This document shows positions 1 to 7,771 of a stretch of DNA of 42,070 nt, one piece after another (positions within the stretch are counted from its first letter, which is position 1; every line of letters starts with the position of its first letter). Under the pieces are notes generated by a model that was not told the origin of the DNA, did no database searches, and saw nothing but the letters and a program-made list of their open reading frames with translations. The position numbers and the translations under genes were made by a program. The stretch is from a virus (Duplodnaviria; Caudoviricetes). Location: the IMG/VR virus record IMGVR_UViG_3300032239_000697, positions 1-42,070 of that record. One strand, given 5' to 3'.

Positions 1-1270
1 CTTTGTGGACACTAGACAGCACAACGGCTGGTTTGCTGAACTGCGTTGTGTCATCAAACAAACTGGAAATGCGCGTTTCAATGTCGCCGATCCCGGCAGC
101 ATTTTCAGCAACTGCAATCAAAGTTGCGGCGATGTCGTCGCTTTGCTCCATGCGCTTTTTCCCGTGAGTGGTGTTTTCAAGGCGTTTGCGCGTCTTTTCA
201 AGCCAAGATCCGACCCTTTCTATAAAATGGGGAACACTCTTTGCCTTCATTGAACGAACCATTGTGGACAATTGTTTGCCAAGATCTCTTCCTTCTATCC
301 GCGCAGGAATGCCCTTGCGGATTAAATTTAGGGCGAGAGGCATCAAAGGCGCGTTCAATCTGGACAGAATTGCGTCCCCCGGCTGTGCGCTCAAACTGTC
401 GCCCACGGGCGACACTTCGCCTTCAGGCGCAGAATCAGCAGCGCAGTAGTCGGGAACGATTTCCTGAGCCAATCGCACAACGGACTTGGGGCAACGGTAG
501 GTCGTTTTCAACCCCAGTTCCTGCGCGTGAAGCTGAATCTTCATCATAGTCATTGCGCCTTGAACCGCGCCCCTAAATCCGTAGATCGCTTGGCGGTCGT
601 CGCCGATGACGACGATCCGACCATCCTTGGTGACGGCGTTGCGTGCCATCATAAGCTGAGGCAAATTCATATCTTGGGCTTCGTCAATGCAGACAAGACC
701 ATACCAAGGCCGGACCCATCCCATAGCAACCGGAAGCCAGACCATATCGTCAAACGATATTCGGTCGCGCCTGTCCTGTTGCTTTGCTCGTTCTATTGCG
801 CTGAGTGCAATGCTTATCCCATCCATCCGCAGAAACTCAATGTCCTGTTCTTGGCAAATACGTTCTAAATCGGCGCGAACAGGGGCAATGCAGGTATTCT
901 TTGCAAATCCCACAAGTTTAATGACCGCGCCACGCTCTTCTGGGCAGTCGCTGAAATCGGCGCAGCTATTCACTCGGTCGATTTCAACGTCAGGATCTGG
1001 GCGCGCGTTGCGCCAGATCCGTTTGATATAGGCAAAACCAAGGCTGTGCAATGTTTTGACCTCTACTCTCGGATCTTTGATCTTCTCCTGCGCTTCGAGT
1101 TGGTTCTTTTTGTTGAAAACGGCATAAAGAATACGCTCCTCAGGCGCGTGTTCAAAAGCCGCTTTGATTGTCGTGGTCTTTCCGGTCCCGGCGCGTGCTT
1201 TGACCACCAACGCGCCTTGACCAGATTTAAACCAGTCAAATATAAGCTGCTGTTCATTTGACCAGTTCAT
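1..1270 (-). CDS. UvrD/Rep-like SF1 DNA helicase, 3' end truncated by the window edge
   Basis: Manual translation from ATG at 1270: MNWSNEQQLIF..., Walker A ARAGTGKTTT, Ia AVFNKK, TLHSLG, Walker B IDEAQD, III VIGDDRQAIYGFRGA, IV LKTTYRCP, start of V LSSVHK at the edge; absent from the ORF track. Confidence 0.92.
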   Translation of the reverse strand, partial: MNWSNEQQLIFDWFKSGQGALVVKARAGTGKTTTIKAAFEHAPEERILYAVFNKKNQLEAQEKIKDPRVEVKTLHSLGFAYIKRIWRNARPDPDVEIDRVNSCADFSDCPEERGAVIKLVGFAKNTCIAPVRADLERICQEQDIEFLRMDGISIALSAIERAKQQDRRDRISFDDMVWLPVAMGWVRPWYGLVCIDEAQDMNLPQLMMARNAVTKDGRIVVIGDDRQAIYGFRGAVQGAMTMMKIQLHAQELGLKTTYRCPKSVVRLAQEIVPDYCAADSAPEGEVSPVGDSLSAQPGDAILSRLNAPLMPLALNLIRKGIPARIEGRDLGKQLSTMVRSMKAKSVPHFIERVGSWLEKTRKRLENTTHGKKRMEQSDDIAATLIAVAENAAGIGDIETRISSLFDDTTQFSKPAVVLSSVHK

Positions 1271-1386
1271 TTTGTGGCCTCCTTTTCAATAAGCCAATTT
1301 AGCGTTTTGAGATGTTCGCGTTCCCGTTCAGTCAGCGTTTCCTTGACCGATAATTCAAACCAAAACCTCCACAGTTCCATGTTCAT
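1267..1386 (-). CDS. small hypothetical protein (39 aa)
   Basis: MNMELWRFWFELSVKETLTEREREHLKTLNWLIEKEATK*; ATGA overlaps with both neighbours. Confidence 0.6.
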   Translation of the reverse strand: MNMELWRFWFELSVKETLTEREREHLKTLNWLIEKEATK

Positions 1387-1574
1387 TTAATTGCGTTCCT
1401 TTCTTTGATTTCCTTTAGCATCTTTGCTTTGCAGAGCGGACAAATTCCATCTGTGATAATCGCGGGGATTTCATGGGCTAGAACGGCGTAGTAACAACCC
1501 TGCGCGTCAAACCAGCCCGGCGTATTGACCTCTGCAATGCACCAAAGGCAACGAATGAGATTTTTAGCGTTCAT
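1383..1574 (-). CDS. small Zn-ribbon-like hypothetical protein
   Basis: CLWC ... GICPLC; ATGA-coupled on both sides. Confidence 0.7.
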   Translation of the reverse strand: MNAKNLIRCLWCIAEVNTPGWFDAQGCYYAVLAHEIPAIITDGICPLCKAKMLKEIKERNAIK

Positions 1575-1939
1575 TTATAAAATGTGGTTTGCCCGATTGT
1601 AAATACGGGGCGAAATCCGTTGCGGATGAAATAAGACTTGTCAGCAGGACAGCCGAAATAACGGCAACCTTGCGCGTAGTCATGGGAAGCTGAAGCTTGC
1701 CAAGCTTTGCGCGCGCGCAGGATCGCGTAGGACGGGGCGTGTTTGATGCAAGGGTTTTTTACGCCATAGACGCCTTGCAAGCTATTCCTAAGGCGAATAG
1801 AGCTTGCAATGGCGCACTGAGCAGCGAACGGTTCGCCACCAGCTTCTCCAATTATGGCTTTTACCGCTTGTGACTCTGGGACGGCAGCGTGACCGGATAG
1901 GCACGCGAATAAAGACAGGATCAGGATGGATCTTTTCAT
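1571..1939 (-). CDS. SleB/CwlJ-like cell wall hydrolase (Hydrolase_2) with N-terminal signal peptide
   Basis: IIGEAGGEPFAAQCAIASSIRLR matches the EAxGE...Q.A.A..I..R signature; C-terminal TIGQTTFYK; hydrophobic leader MKRSILILSLFACLSGHA. Confidence 0.72.
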   Translation of the reverse strand: MKRSILILSLFACLSGHAAVPESQAVKAIIGEAGGEPFAAQCAIASSIRLRNSLQGVYGVKNPCIKHAPSYAILRARKAWQASASHDYAQGCRYFGCPADKSYFIRNGFRPVFTIGQTTFYK

Positions 1940-1967
1940 AGATTGACTGATTTAATCGCAGAGGTAA

Positions 1968-2014
1968 TTCCCTGCCGTCCGCCGCAGTCAAAAGACCCGG
2001 CGGAGGGCAAGGAA
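1968..2014 (-). other. GC-rich intergenic stem-loop (possible RNase III or mRNA stability element)
   Basis: On the mRNA strand TTCCTTGCC-C-TCCGCCG pairs with CGGCGGA-C-GGCAGGGAA; no U-tract follows. Confidence 0.5.
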
Positions 2015-2215
2015 CTATCTCACTGCAATGAGCAGATGATTCATCTCTTTGATTTTGCCAATGTCTTTTAGCATCTGGATCAAATCTTGATAGGTCTGAA
2101 GGTCGATCTGGTTCATGAGGGCAGCGTAGATTGTCCCGGATGGCGCAGAACCTAGTTCTGCAACCGTTTGATAGATTGCCAATGCGATTTTGAGAAGCTC
2201 TTGTTTTGTTTTCAT
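2015..2215 (-). CDS. hypothetical early protein (possible winged helix)
   Basis: 66-aa ORF in the early array; GSAPSGTIYAALM...YQDLIQMLK. Confidence 0.7.
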   Translation of the reverse strand: MKTKQELLKIALAIYQTVAELGSAPSGTIYAALMNQIDLQTYQDLIQMLKDIGKIKEMNHLLIAVR

Positions 2216-2233
2216 GGTGATCGTGGGTTAATA

Positions 2234-2398
2234 TTAAATTGATATTTCAAAAGGATGTTTGAGTTCCTTAACGGTTCCCTCCAAGCCAAGTCTTTTCGCT
2301 TTTCTGGAGAGTTTTTCGGCTTCGGCTTTGCTCGGAGCATAGCCAAATGGAGTCATGCCCGACTTGCTGGTGACTAGATACTTTTGAGTTTGTTTCAT
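2234..2398 (-). CDS. small basic hypothetical protein (54 aa)
   Basis: Manual translation MKQTQKYLVTSKSGMTPFGYAPSKAEAEKLSRKAKRLGLEGTVKELKHPFEISI*; fills a gap in the early array. Confidence 0.65.
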   Translation of the reverse strand: MKQTQKYLVTSKSGMTPFGYAPSKAEAEKLSRKAKRLGLEGTVKELKHPFEISI

Positions 2399-2418
2399 GG
2401 TGGTTTATGGTGTTAAAA

Positions 2419-2769
2419 TTAAAACTGGGAAACGATCACTCCGCCGGTGAATTCAATCAGGGTTCCGTGATCCTGAATGTAATCACGGATCTTCTCTTCC
2501 TTGGACTCTTCGGTATCGTCGAAATCAAATCCAAGACTGCAAGACACTTTGTTCAAACCAAAATAGCTCTCTGCCCATTCGCTCAGGCTGTCATGCCGTG
2601 CGAAATCGCAGCGGAGAGAAACGAGGTCCAGTTCGATTTCCTCTCCAGTGTCCTCTTCTATTTGATGCAGATGTTCGGCAAGGGCTTTTGCGCCTGAGTA
2701 TCCCCAGTTTGCATTGGGGTCGTTCATGAGCATGTCTGCGGCTTGACTGGTTGATAGTGTGATCTTCAT
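2419..2769 (-). CDS. acidic phage early protein (candidate DNA mimic / anti-restriction)
   Basis: 24 D/E vs 8 K/R in 116 aa; EEDTGEEIELDLVSLRCDF resembles a common phage early family. Confidence 0.7.
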   Translation of the reverse strand: MKITLSTSQAADMLMNDPNANWGYSGAKALAEHLHQIEEDTGEEIELDLVSLRCDFARHDSLSEWAESYFGLNKVSCSLGFDFDDTEESKEEKIRDYIQDHGTLIEFTGGVIVSQF

Positions 2770-2793
2770 TTTAGTTTTGATTGAATGCAGCAG

Positions 2794-2847
2794 TTAATCC
2801 GCTGCCCTCTGCCCTCCGGTCAAGGAGGGCAGACGGCGAAGGATTAA
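2794..2847 (-). other. GC-rich intergenic stem-loop related to 1968-2014
   Basis: TCTGCCCTCC-ttgacc-GGAGGGCAGA core extended by GCC/GGC and TTAATCC/GGATTAA. Confidence 0.55.
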
Positions 2848-3002
2848 TATTTGCGAGAAATTTCGCAAAACTGGCCCGATTTTTGGAACACGGCAACAAA
2901 ATTCCAGCCTGCCCAGAAATTGTAGGAAAACGACCAACCTTGGGCAATGAGGGATGATTGATGCTGGAAAAACTCTGACGCCGAAGCTGCTTTGATTTTC
3001 AT
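2844..3002 (-). CDS. hypothetical protein, first gene of the early operon
   Basis: MKIKAASASEFF...; ATG at 3002 with an A-rich leader. Confidence 0.6.
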   Translation of the reverse strand: MKIKAASASEFFQHQSSLIAQGWSFSYNFWAGWNFVAVFQKSGQFCEISRKY

Positions 3003-3055
3003 TTTATTTGTCTTTCTGTTTTCGTCGAAAGGTTTCATTCCCTCCGACACAAATA

Positions 3056-3105
3056 GACTCGCATATAATAATTAAGGATGCAAGAGTTTTTTTTAATTAT
3101 TTTTG
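3056..3105 (-). promoter_or_regulatory. putative sigma70-type early promoter with A-tract UP element
   Basis: Minus strand: A-tracts, TTGCAT, 17 nt, weak -10 GAGTCT with upstream TGn. Confidence 0.4.
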
Positions 3106-3248
3106 AAACTGTTTACCAAACAGTCTCATCGTGGGTTTGGAGCATTTAGTATTCAGTACTACGTAGTAATGATTATTTAATCACCTCCATCACCTCCATC
3201 ACTCGAGATCCAGTTAGTCGACTCTCAATGAGTACGCTAAGTCAGATT

Positions 3249-3412
3249 TAATCATAAGCAACTCACTTGTGATTCTTTAAAAGTCATACTAGGGCTATTG
3301 GCAGGGCTATTAGATTTTCAGCTATGGTGACACTGGCAAACGATTAGGATCGGTTTTACGGGATTTGACTCATTTTGAGACATTTAAATCATAGGCAAGT
3401 TGCTTATGATTA
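3249..3412. repeat. 15-bp perfect inverted repeat plus an imperfect 25-bp palindrome
   Basis: TAATCATAAGCAACT (3249-3263) and AGTTGCTTATGATTA (3398-3412); AATCATAGGCAA-G-TTGCTTATGATT at 3387-3411. Confidence 0.75.
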
Positions 3413-3414
3413 GC

Positions 3415-3443
3415 TTTACATATGAGGCTGGGCATTGTAGATT
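3415..3443 (+). promoter_or_regulatory. putative sigma70 promoter for terS
   Basis: TTTACA-17 nt-TAGATT, with ATG 7 nt after the last base of the -10 box. Confidence 0.55.
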
Positions 3444-3449
3444 GAGCCA

Positions 3450-3977
3450 ATGAAATCAGTGGTATCTAAGCCCAGAACAAAAAAAATCACAGACGCAGAA
3501 CTGAACGAAATTGCAGAACTGGTGGGTACGAAATTCCTCAATGAAAAGGAAGCTTGTCTCTTGGTTGGAGTCAATCCTCCTCAATGGTATTGCTGGAAGT
3601 TGAAGTCGAAGAATACTGAAAGGTTCAACGATTTGGTGGCTCGCATTAAATCTTTTAAGGTTAAAACTCTTTTGACAAGGATCGAAGATGCCTCCGATCC
3701 CACGAAAGTCAAACGAGCGGATTGGAGAGCAGCTTCGTGGCTGGGGGAACGCCTAAAGCCCGAGAGCCTGTCTCTCCAAGCGGCCCACTCCTCCCTTCCT
3801 GTTCCCGCTTCCACCCTCGACACCACGAAGCTAATTGACGCAATGACAAGGGTTTATGCATCACCCCCTGTCGCCGTGATCGAGTGTCGTACGACTCAAG
3901 ATGAGAGTCGTACTACAGGAGAGCAGACCGGTCCGGCGACAGGCTATGCCTCGACTCCACCGCCCAGACGACGCTGA
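3450..3977 (+). CDS. terS: terminase small subunit-like protein
   Basis: N-terminal HTH-like segment (EKEACLLVGVNPPQWYCW) and DWRAASWLGER motif typical of TerS-like proteins; first plus-strand gene, upstream of TerL. Confidence 0.6.
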   Translation: MKSVVSKPRTKKITDAELNEIAELVGTKFLNEKEACLLVGVNPPQWYCWKLKSKNTERFNDLVARIKSFKVKTLLTRIEDASDPTKVKRADWRAASWLGERLKPESLSLQAAHSSLPVPASTLDTTKLIDAMTRVYASPPVAVIECRTTQDESRTTGEQTGPATGYASTPPPRRR

Positions 3978-4201
3978 GTTTTGTCGCCCATGGGCAACAT
4001 TTCCATTACTGGGAAGTTCAGAAATCCTGCTTTTCCCAGTTGCCATAGCAGGATTGATGCCAAGGCGAAAAACATACTACGGGATGGGGGGGGTAATGTT
4101 TAACCTTCCCCCTCCTACATTTTCCACCCTCTATTAAATCTTAATAATTATTCTTCTACTTGCTAAAATTCGACTTTAGCGCGTAGTATAAAAATAAATT
4201 T

Positions 4202-4282
4202 AATGAGGGGAACAATCTAGCCTCCGTTCGGGTTCTGCGTTGTGTGTAGCGTAAACTTGGAGTAATTAGAACTCCCCTCATT
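4202..4282 (+). ncRNA. candidate small structured RNA
   Basis: AATGAGGGGA/TCCCCTCATT closing stem with nested TCTAG/TTAGA, CTCCG/TGGAG and TGCGTT/AGCGTA pairs; downstream of TTGCTA-18 nt-TAGTAT (4160-4189). Confidence 0.35.
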
Positions 4283-4340
4283 TATTAAATTATTTCTGCG
4301 GCTCCTTGAAAAAATTTTCAAACTGCTGTATTCCGTGTCA

Positions 4341-4589
4341 ATGAACAAAAAACAAATTAAAATCACGGGTGATTTGGTGGCGCGTTCATTGCATTATTTG
4401 GATGAGTTAGATTTGCCTTATGCGCTTGTAATTGAAGGGGTGGACATAATATTCAGCAACAGAAGCAAACGATATGCAGCAACGCTTTTGAGTGATGCTT
4501 GGAATCTGCAAGATAAAATATATGAATTAGAAAGCACAGAAAAAGCGGAAAAAATGAATGACAATTATGGAAAACAAAACAATGAATGA
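4341..4589 (+). CDS. hypothetical protein
   Basis: ATG at 4341 just downstream of TTGAAA-17 nt-TATTCC (4306-4334); overlaps next gene. Confidence 0.65.
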   Translation: MNKKQIKITGDLVARSLHYLDELDLPYALVIEGVDIIFSNRSKRYAATLLSDAWNLQDKIYELESTEKAEKMNDNYGKQNNE

Positions 4590-4797
4590 TCCTGTTAATC
4601 ATCCAGAGCATTACACTTCAAACTTAAGCAAAATTGAGTGCATTGAGGTAGCTAAACACATGAATTTCTGCATGGGCAATGCAATGAAATATATCTGGAG
4701 AGCGGATAGCAAAGGAAAAGCTGTTGAAGATTTGCGTAAAGCTGTTTGGTATTTGGAATGTGAAATTGATAGGAGATTAAATTCTGATGGCAACTAA
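4582..4797 (+). CDS. DUF3310 family protein (T7 gp1.7-like nucleotide kinase domain)
   Basis: DPVNHPEHY...IECIE...FCMGNAMKYIWRA..KG...EDLRKAVWYL. Confidence 0.88.
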   Translation: MNDPVNHPEHYTSNLSKIECIEVAKHMNFCMGNAMKYIWRADSKGKAVEDLRKAVWYLECEIDRRLNSDGN

Positions 4798-5776
4798 AGC
4801 ACCCTTCCCTTGGTTCGGCGGTAAATCCAAAGCGGCTGAATTGATTTGGTCCAAGCTAGGATCTGATTGCGGCAACTATGTTGAACCGTTCCTTGGATCT
4901 GCCGCTGTGTTTCTTGGTAGGCCAGCGGAATTTTCTGGTTGGGTTACATTAAATGATTTAGACGGTCACGTTGTCAATTTCTGGAGATCAATAAAGTTTT
5001 CACCTGATAAAACAGCATTAGCTGCGGCTAATCCGGTGTTTGAAGCGGACCTTCATGCGCGACATTTGAAACTTGTTGGAAGCGAATCTACGCTTGCTAA
5101 AAGGCTTATGGCTGACCCGCAATATCATGAACCTGAACTTGCAGGATGGTGGGCTTGGGGTGCTTGCGTTTGGATTGGGGGTCATTGGTGTTCCGGTAAA
5201 GGGCCTTGGCATTCTGAACCAGATGAAAAAGGAATTGCTTCATTCACTTTAGGAAACGGAGGAAAAGGAGTTAACAGACAACTTCCTCATTTAGGAAACG
5301 GAGGAACAGGAGTTAACAAGCAACTTCCTCATTTAGGAGACGGAGGAAAAGGAGTTACAGAACAAAAGCTTGAATGGGTTCGACAATGGTTTGTTGAATT
5401 GCAAAATAACTTTAGGGAAACCAGAATAGCTTGTGGGCCTTGGGAACGAATAATGAGTTCTGGAACAATGACCCGCAATGGCGTTTGCGGTGTTGTCCTT
5501 GACCCGCCTTATTCTCAAACCGATTCTGTTTATTCAAAAGATTCGTCAACGGTTTCTGGTGATGTAAGAAAATGGTGCATTGAAAACGGAGACAATCCAA
5601 AATTAAGAATCGCTATGTGCGGTCATGCAGGTGAACATGAACAACTTGAATCAGAAGGTTGGCAGGTTAAAACTTGGGACAAAAGAGGAGGTTATCAAGG
5701 TAAAGATGATCGTGAACGAATTTGGTTTTCTCCGCATTGCAAAAACCTAAAATCTGAAATTGTTAATTTGATTTAA
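4787..5776 (+). CDS. D12-class (Dam-like) N6-adenine DNA methyltransferase
   Basis: APFPWFGGKS, YVEPFLGSAAV (motif I), LNDLD, LDPPY (motif IV). Confidence 0.9.
   Translation: MATKAPFPWFGGKSKAAELIWSKLGSDCGNYVEPFLGSAAVFLGRPAEFSGWVTLNDLDGHVVNFWRSIKFSPDKTALAAANPVFEADLHARHLKLVGSESTLAKRLMADPQYHEPELAGWWAWGACVWIGGHWCSGKGPWHSEPDEKGIASFTLGNGGKGVNRQLPHLGNGGTGVNKQLPHLGDGGKGVTEQKLEWVRQWFVELQNNFRETRIACGPWERIMSSGTMTRNGVCGVVLDPPYSQTDSVYSKDSSTVSGDVRKWCIENGDNPKLRIAMCGHAGEHEQLESEGWQVKTWDKRGGYQGKDDRERIWFSPHCKNLKSEIVNLI
5249..5357 (+). repeat. 42-nt tandem repeat, about 2.6 copies, inside the methyltransferase
   Basis: Units start at 5249, 5291 and 5333 and encode LG(N/D)GG(K/T)GVN(R/K)QLPH. Confidence 0.9.
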
Positions 5777-7245
5777 TGGCCAAAAAACCGACTAAGCAAG
5801 AGCAGGAACAAATTGAGCTATACGTTAAAATAGCTCAAACGGCTAAAGATGCTGGCTGTCCGCAAGATCAAGTAATGAACTTCATGTCGAAGGCCATGAT
5901 ACTTCAGCCTAAGCAGTTTGAGATGGCGGCGGCAGCGCGTAAATGCGATATAGCGGGTAATGCTACTGCGGTTGGTGTGGGAGGTGCGCGTGGTGGCGGT
6001 AAAAGCGCGTGGATGTTCGCTCAGATCTGTCTGGACGATTGCCAGCGGTATCCGGGGCTAAAGTTTCTTTACCTCCGCAAATCGGCCACAGCAGCTCGGG
6101 AACAGATTCGGGATCTGCTGCTTAAGACTTGTCCAAAGAACATCGTAAAGCATGAGTATCGTGAACAAGCGGGAGTGATTGAATTTGAAAACAGTAGCTT
6201 CATCATCATCAAGCATTTCAAAGATGAAAAAGACATTGAAAATTTCTTGGGGCAGGAATATGACGGCATTGCGATTGAAGAGTTGACTACGCTTACTTTT
6301 GATAAATGGAAAAACCTAATGACCTGTCTCCGCACCAGCAAGCCGAATTGGAGACCTCGTTTTTATGGGGCATGGAACTGGGGCGGGATAGGCCATGCTT
6401 GGGTAAAAAAGGTTTTCTATGATCCGTGGGAATCAGGAACTCAAAAAGACACAATCTACATCAAAGCAACAGTCCACGACAACAATCATGTGAACGTGGA
6501 AAATCGTAAAATCCTAGAATCGTTGAGTGGTTGGAAATATAAATCTTGGTATCTAGGAGATCCAAACTTTCAAGCTGGGCAATTTTTCACAAACTGGAAC
6601 GAAGATTATCATGTTTATCCAAGCGCAAATTGTCCTGTGTTTACAGAAACTAAAGCTAAACGATGGTATGTTTCAATGGACTACGGATTCGCGCATCCTA
6701 GCTGTTTCCATCTGCATTGTGATGATGCTGATGGGAATACTTATACGGTCGACGAAGAGCACCGCAAAGAAACGGTCATTGAAGAACACGCAGAATACTT
6801 CAAAGCGATGTTAAGGCGGCACAACCTTGCAACGCATGACCTTGATTTCATTGTGGCAGGTAAAGATTGTTTTTCCCGCAAACAAGACGGAAGAACGATT
6901 GCAATGGATTATGAAGATTGCGGCATTAGCATGATCCCCGCAGAGATTGATCGTGTGAATGCTTGGGCTGTGATGCAACAGCGTCTAGGAGACATTGAGA
7001 AAGGAATCAAACCTACTTGGTTCATCAGCAAAAAATGCAAACATTTGATTGCTCAAATCCCTATGGCTCAAAATCATGAAACTAGGGTAGGCGACATTCA
7101 AAAGATGAATTCTGATGAAGAAGGGGATGGCGGTGATGACGCTCTCGAAGCCGCACGTAACGGACTTATAACAGCTCCAAGAGGAGCCTTAAGCTTTGCA
7201 ATACCGATGACAATGGGCAAACCGTTGGCCTTTATAGGCGGGTAA
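5776..7245 (+). CDS. terL: terminase large subunit
   Basis: Walker A GGARGGGKS, Walker B-like IAIEEL, nuclease VSMDYG and DDALEAAR; upstream of the portal. Confidence 0.92.
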   Translation: MAKKPTKQEQEQIELYVKIAQTAKDAGCPQDQVMNFMSKAMILQPKQFEMAAAARKCDIAGNATAVGVGGARGGGKSAWMFAQICLDDCQRYPGLKFLYLRKSATAAREQIRDLLLKTCPKNIVKHEYREQAGVIEFENSSFIIIKHFKDEKDIENFLGQEYDGIAIEELTTLTFDKWKNLMTCLRTSKPNWRPRFYGAWNWGGIGHAWVKKVFYDPWESGTQKDTIYIKATVHDNNHVNVENRKILESLSGWKYKSWYLGDPNFQAGQFFTNWNEDYHVYPSANCPVFTETKAKRWYVSMDYGFAHPSCFHLHCDDADGNTYTVDEEHRKETVIEEHAEYFKAMLRRHNLATHDLDFIVAGKDCFSRKQDGRTIAMDYEDCGISMIPAEIDRVNAWAVMQQRLGDIEKGIKPTWFISKKCKHLIAQIPMAQNHETRVGDIQKMNSDEEGDGGDDALEAARNGLITAPRGALSFAIPMTMGKPLAFIGG

Positions 7246-7612
7246 TAGACTTGCCGTAACCAACCTGCTTGCGACTGGGCGTAAGTTCCTTAATCTTGGC
7301 TTGAGTCTCTTTACGGATCTCCGCTGCTTTTTGTTCCGCAGTCTTGGTGTTGCGTTCTGGAATTCGCAAATCAATTTCTCGGCTTAAGGCTTGTTGTTTC
7401 ATCATGATCTGACTGCGGTGCATCCAACCGTTTTCAGGATGAAAATAATAATACTCCCGCGAATTACCATCCGTTTCATAAGAATCAAAGCTGATGCTGG
7501 TTACAAACAATGGAATTCCGCAATTAGCGCATTGTCCGTTATGATAACCAGTCCGCTTGGACCTGCATTTGGGACATTCATTACGATTTTTAAGTAAAAG
7601 TAGGCTGCTCAT
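7232..7612 (-). CDS. Zn-ribbon protein antisense to the late operon (moron-like)
   Basis: CPKC...CANC, basic C-terminus; own promoter-like element at 7706-7734. Confidence 0.6.
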   Translation of the reverse strand: MSSLLLLKNRNECPKCRSKRTGYHNGQCANCGIPLFVTSISFDSYETDGNSREYYYFHPENGWMHRSQIMMKQQALSREIDLRIPERNTKTAEQKAAEIRKETQAKIKELTPSRKQVGYGKSITRL

Positions 7613-7624
7613 AGAAATTAAAAA

Positions 7625-7665
7625 GACCGATTCATTACAAGCACATCAAAAATAATGAATCGGTC
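7625..7665 (-). terminator. 13-bp perfect stem-loop followed by a U-tract on the minus strand
   Basis: GACCGATTCATTA-15 nt-TAATGAATCGGTC then TTTTTAATTT. Confidence 0.5.
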
Positions 7666-7705
7666 AGTAGCTTTCACACAATGCGTCGATCAATTTATTG
7701 ATTAA

Positions 7706-7763
7706 ATCATGGATTCAAAATTATCAAATGTCAATTGACAATTTTAAAGATCAAGCGGATAAT
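7706..7763. promoter_or_regulatory. divergent sigma70 promoters with back-to-back -35 boxes
   Basis: Palindrome TGTCAATTGACA (7729-7740); plus strand TTGACA-17-GATAAT, minus strand TTGACA-17-CATGAT. Confidence 0.65.
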
Positions 7764-7771
7764 GCGGACTA

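Noticed and set aside
5-1261. Plus-strand ORFs 5-253, 168-449, 241-549, 527-868, 687-1031 and 1046-1261
   Set aside because: Antisense shadows of the minus-strand UvrD-like helicase, which has clear motifs.
4081-4130. G-run / C-run after terS as a G-quadruplex or pac site
   Set aside because: Too few G-tracts for a G4; a pac assignment cannot be supported without read-end data.
6265-6285. TerL Walker B reads IAIEE instead of hhhDE, suggesting an inactive terminase
   Set aside because: Conservative acidic substitution with all other motifs intact; not evidence of a pseudogene.
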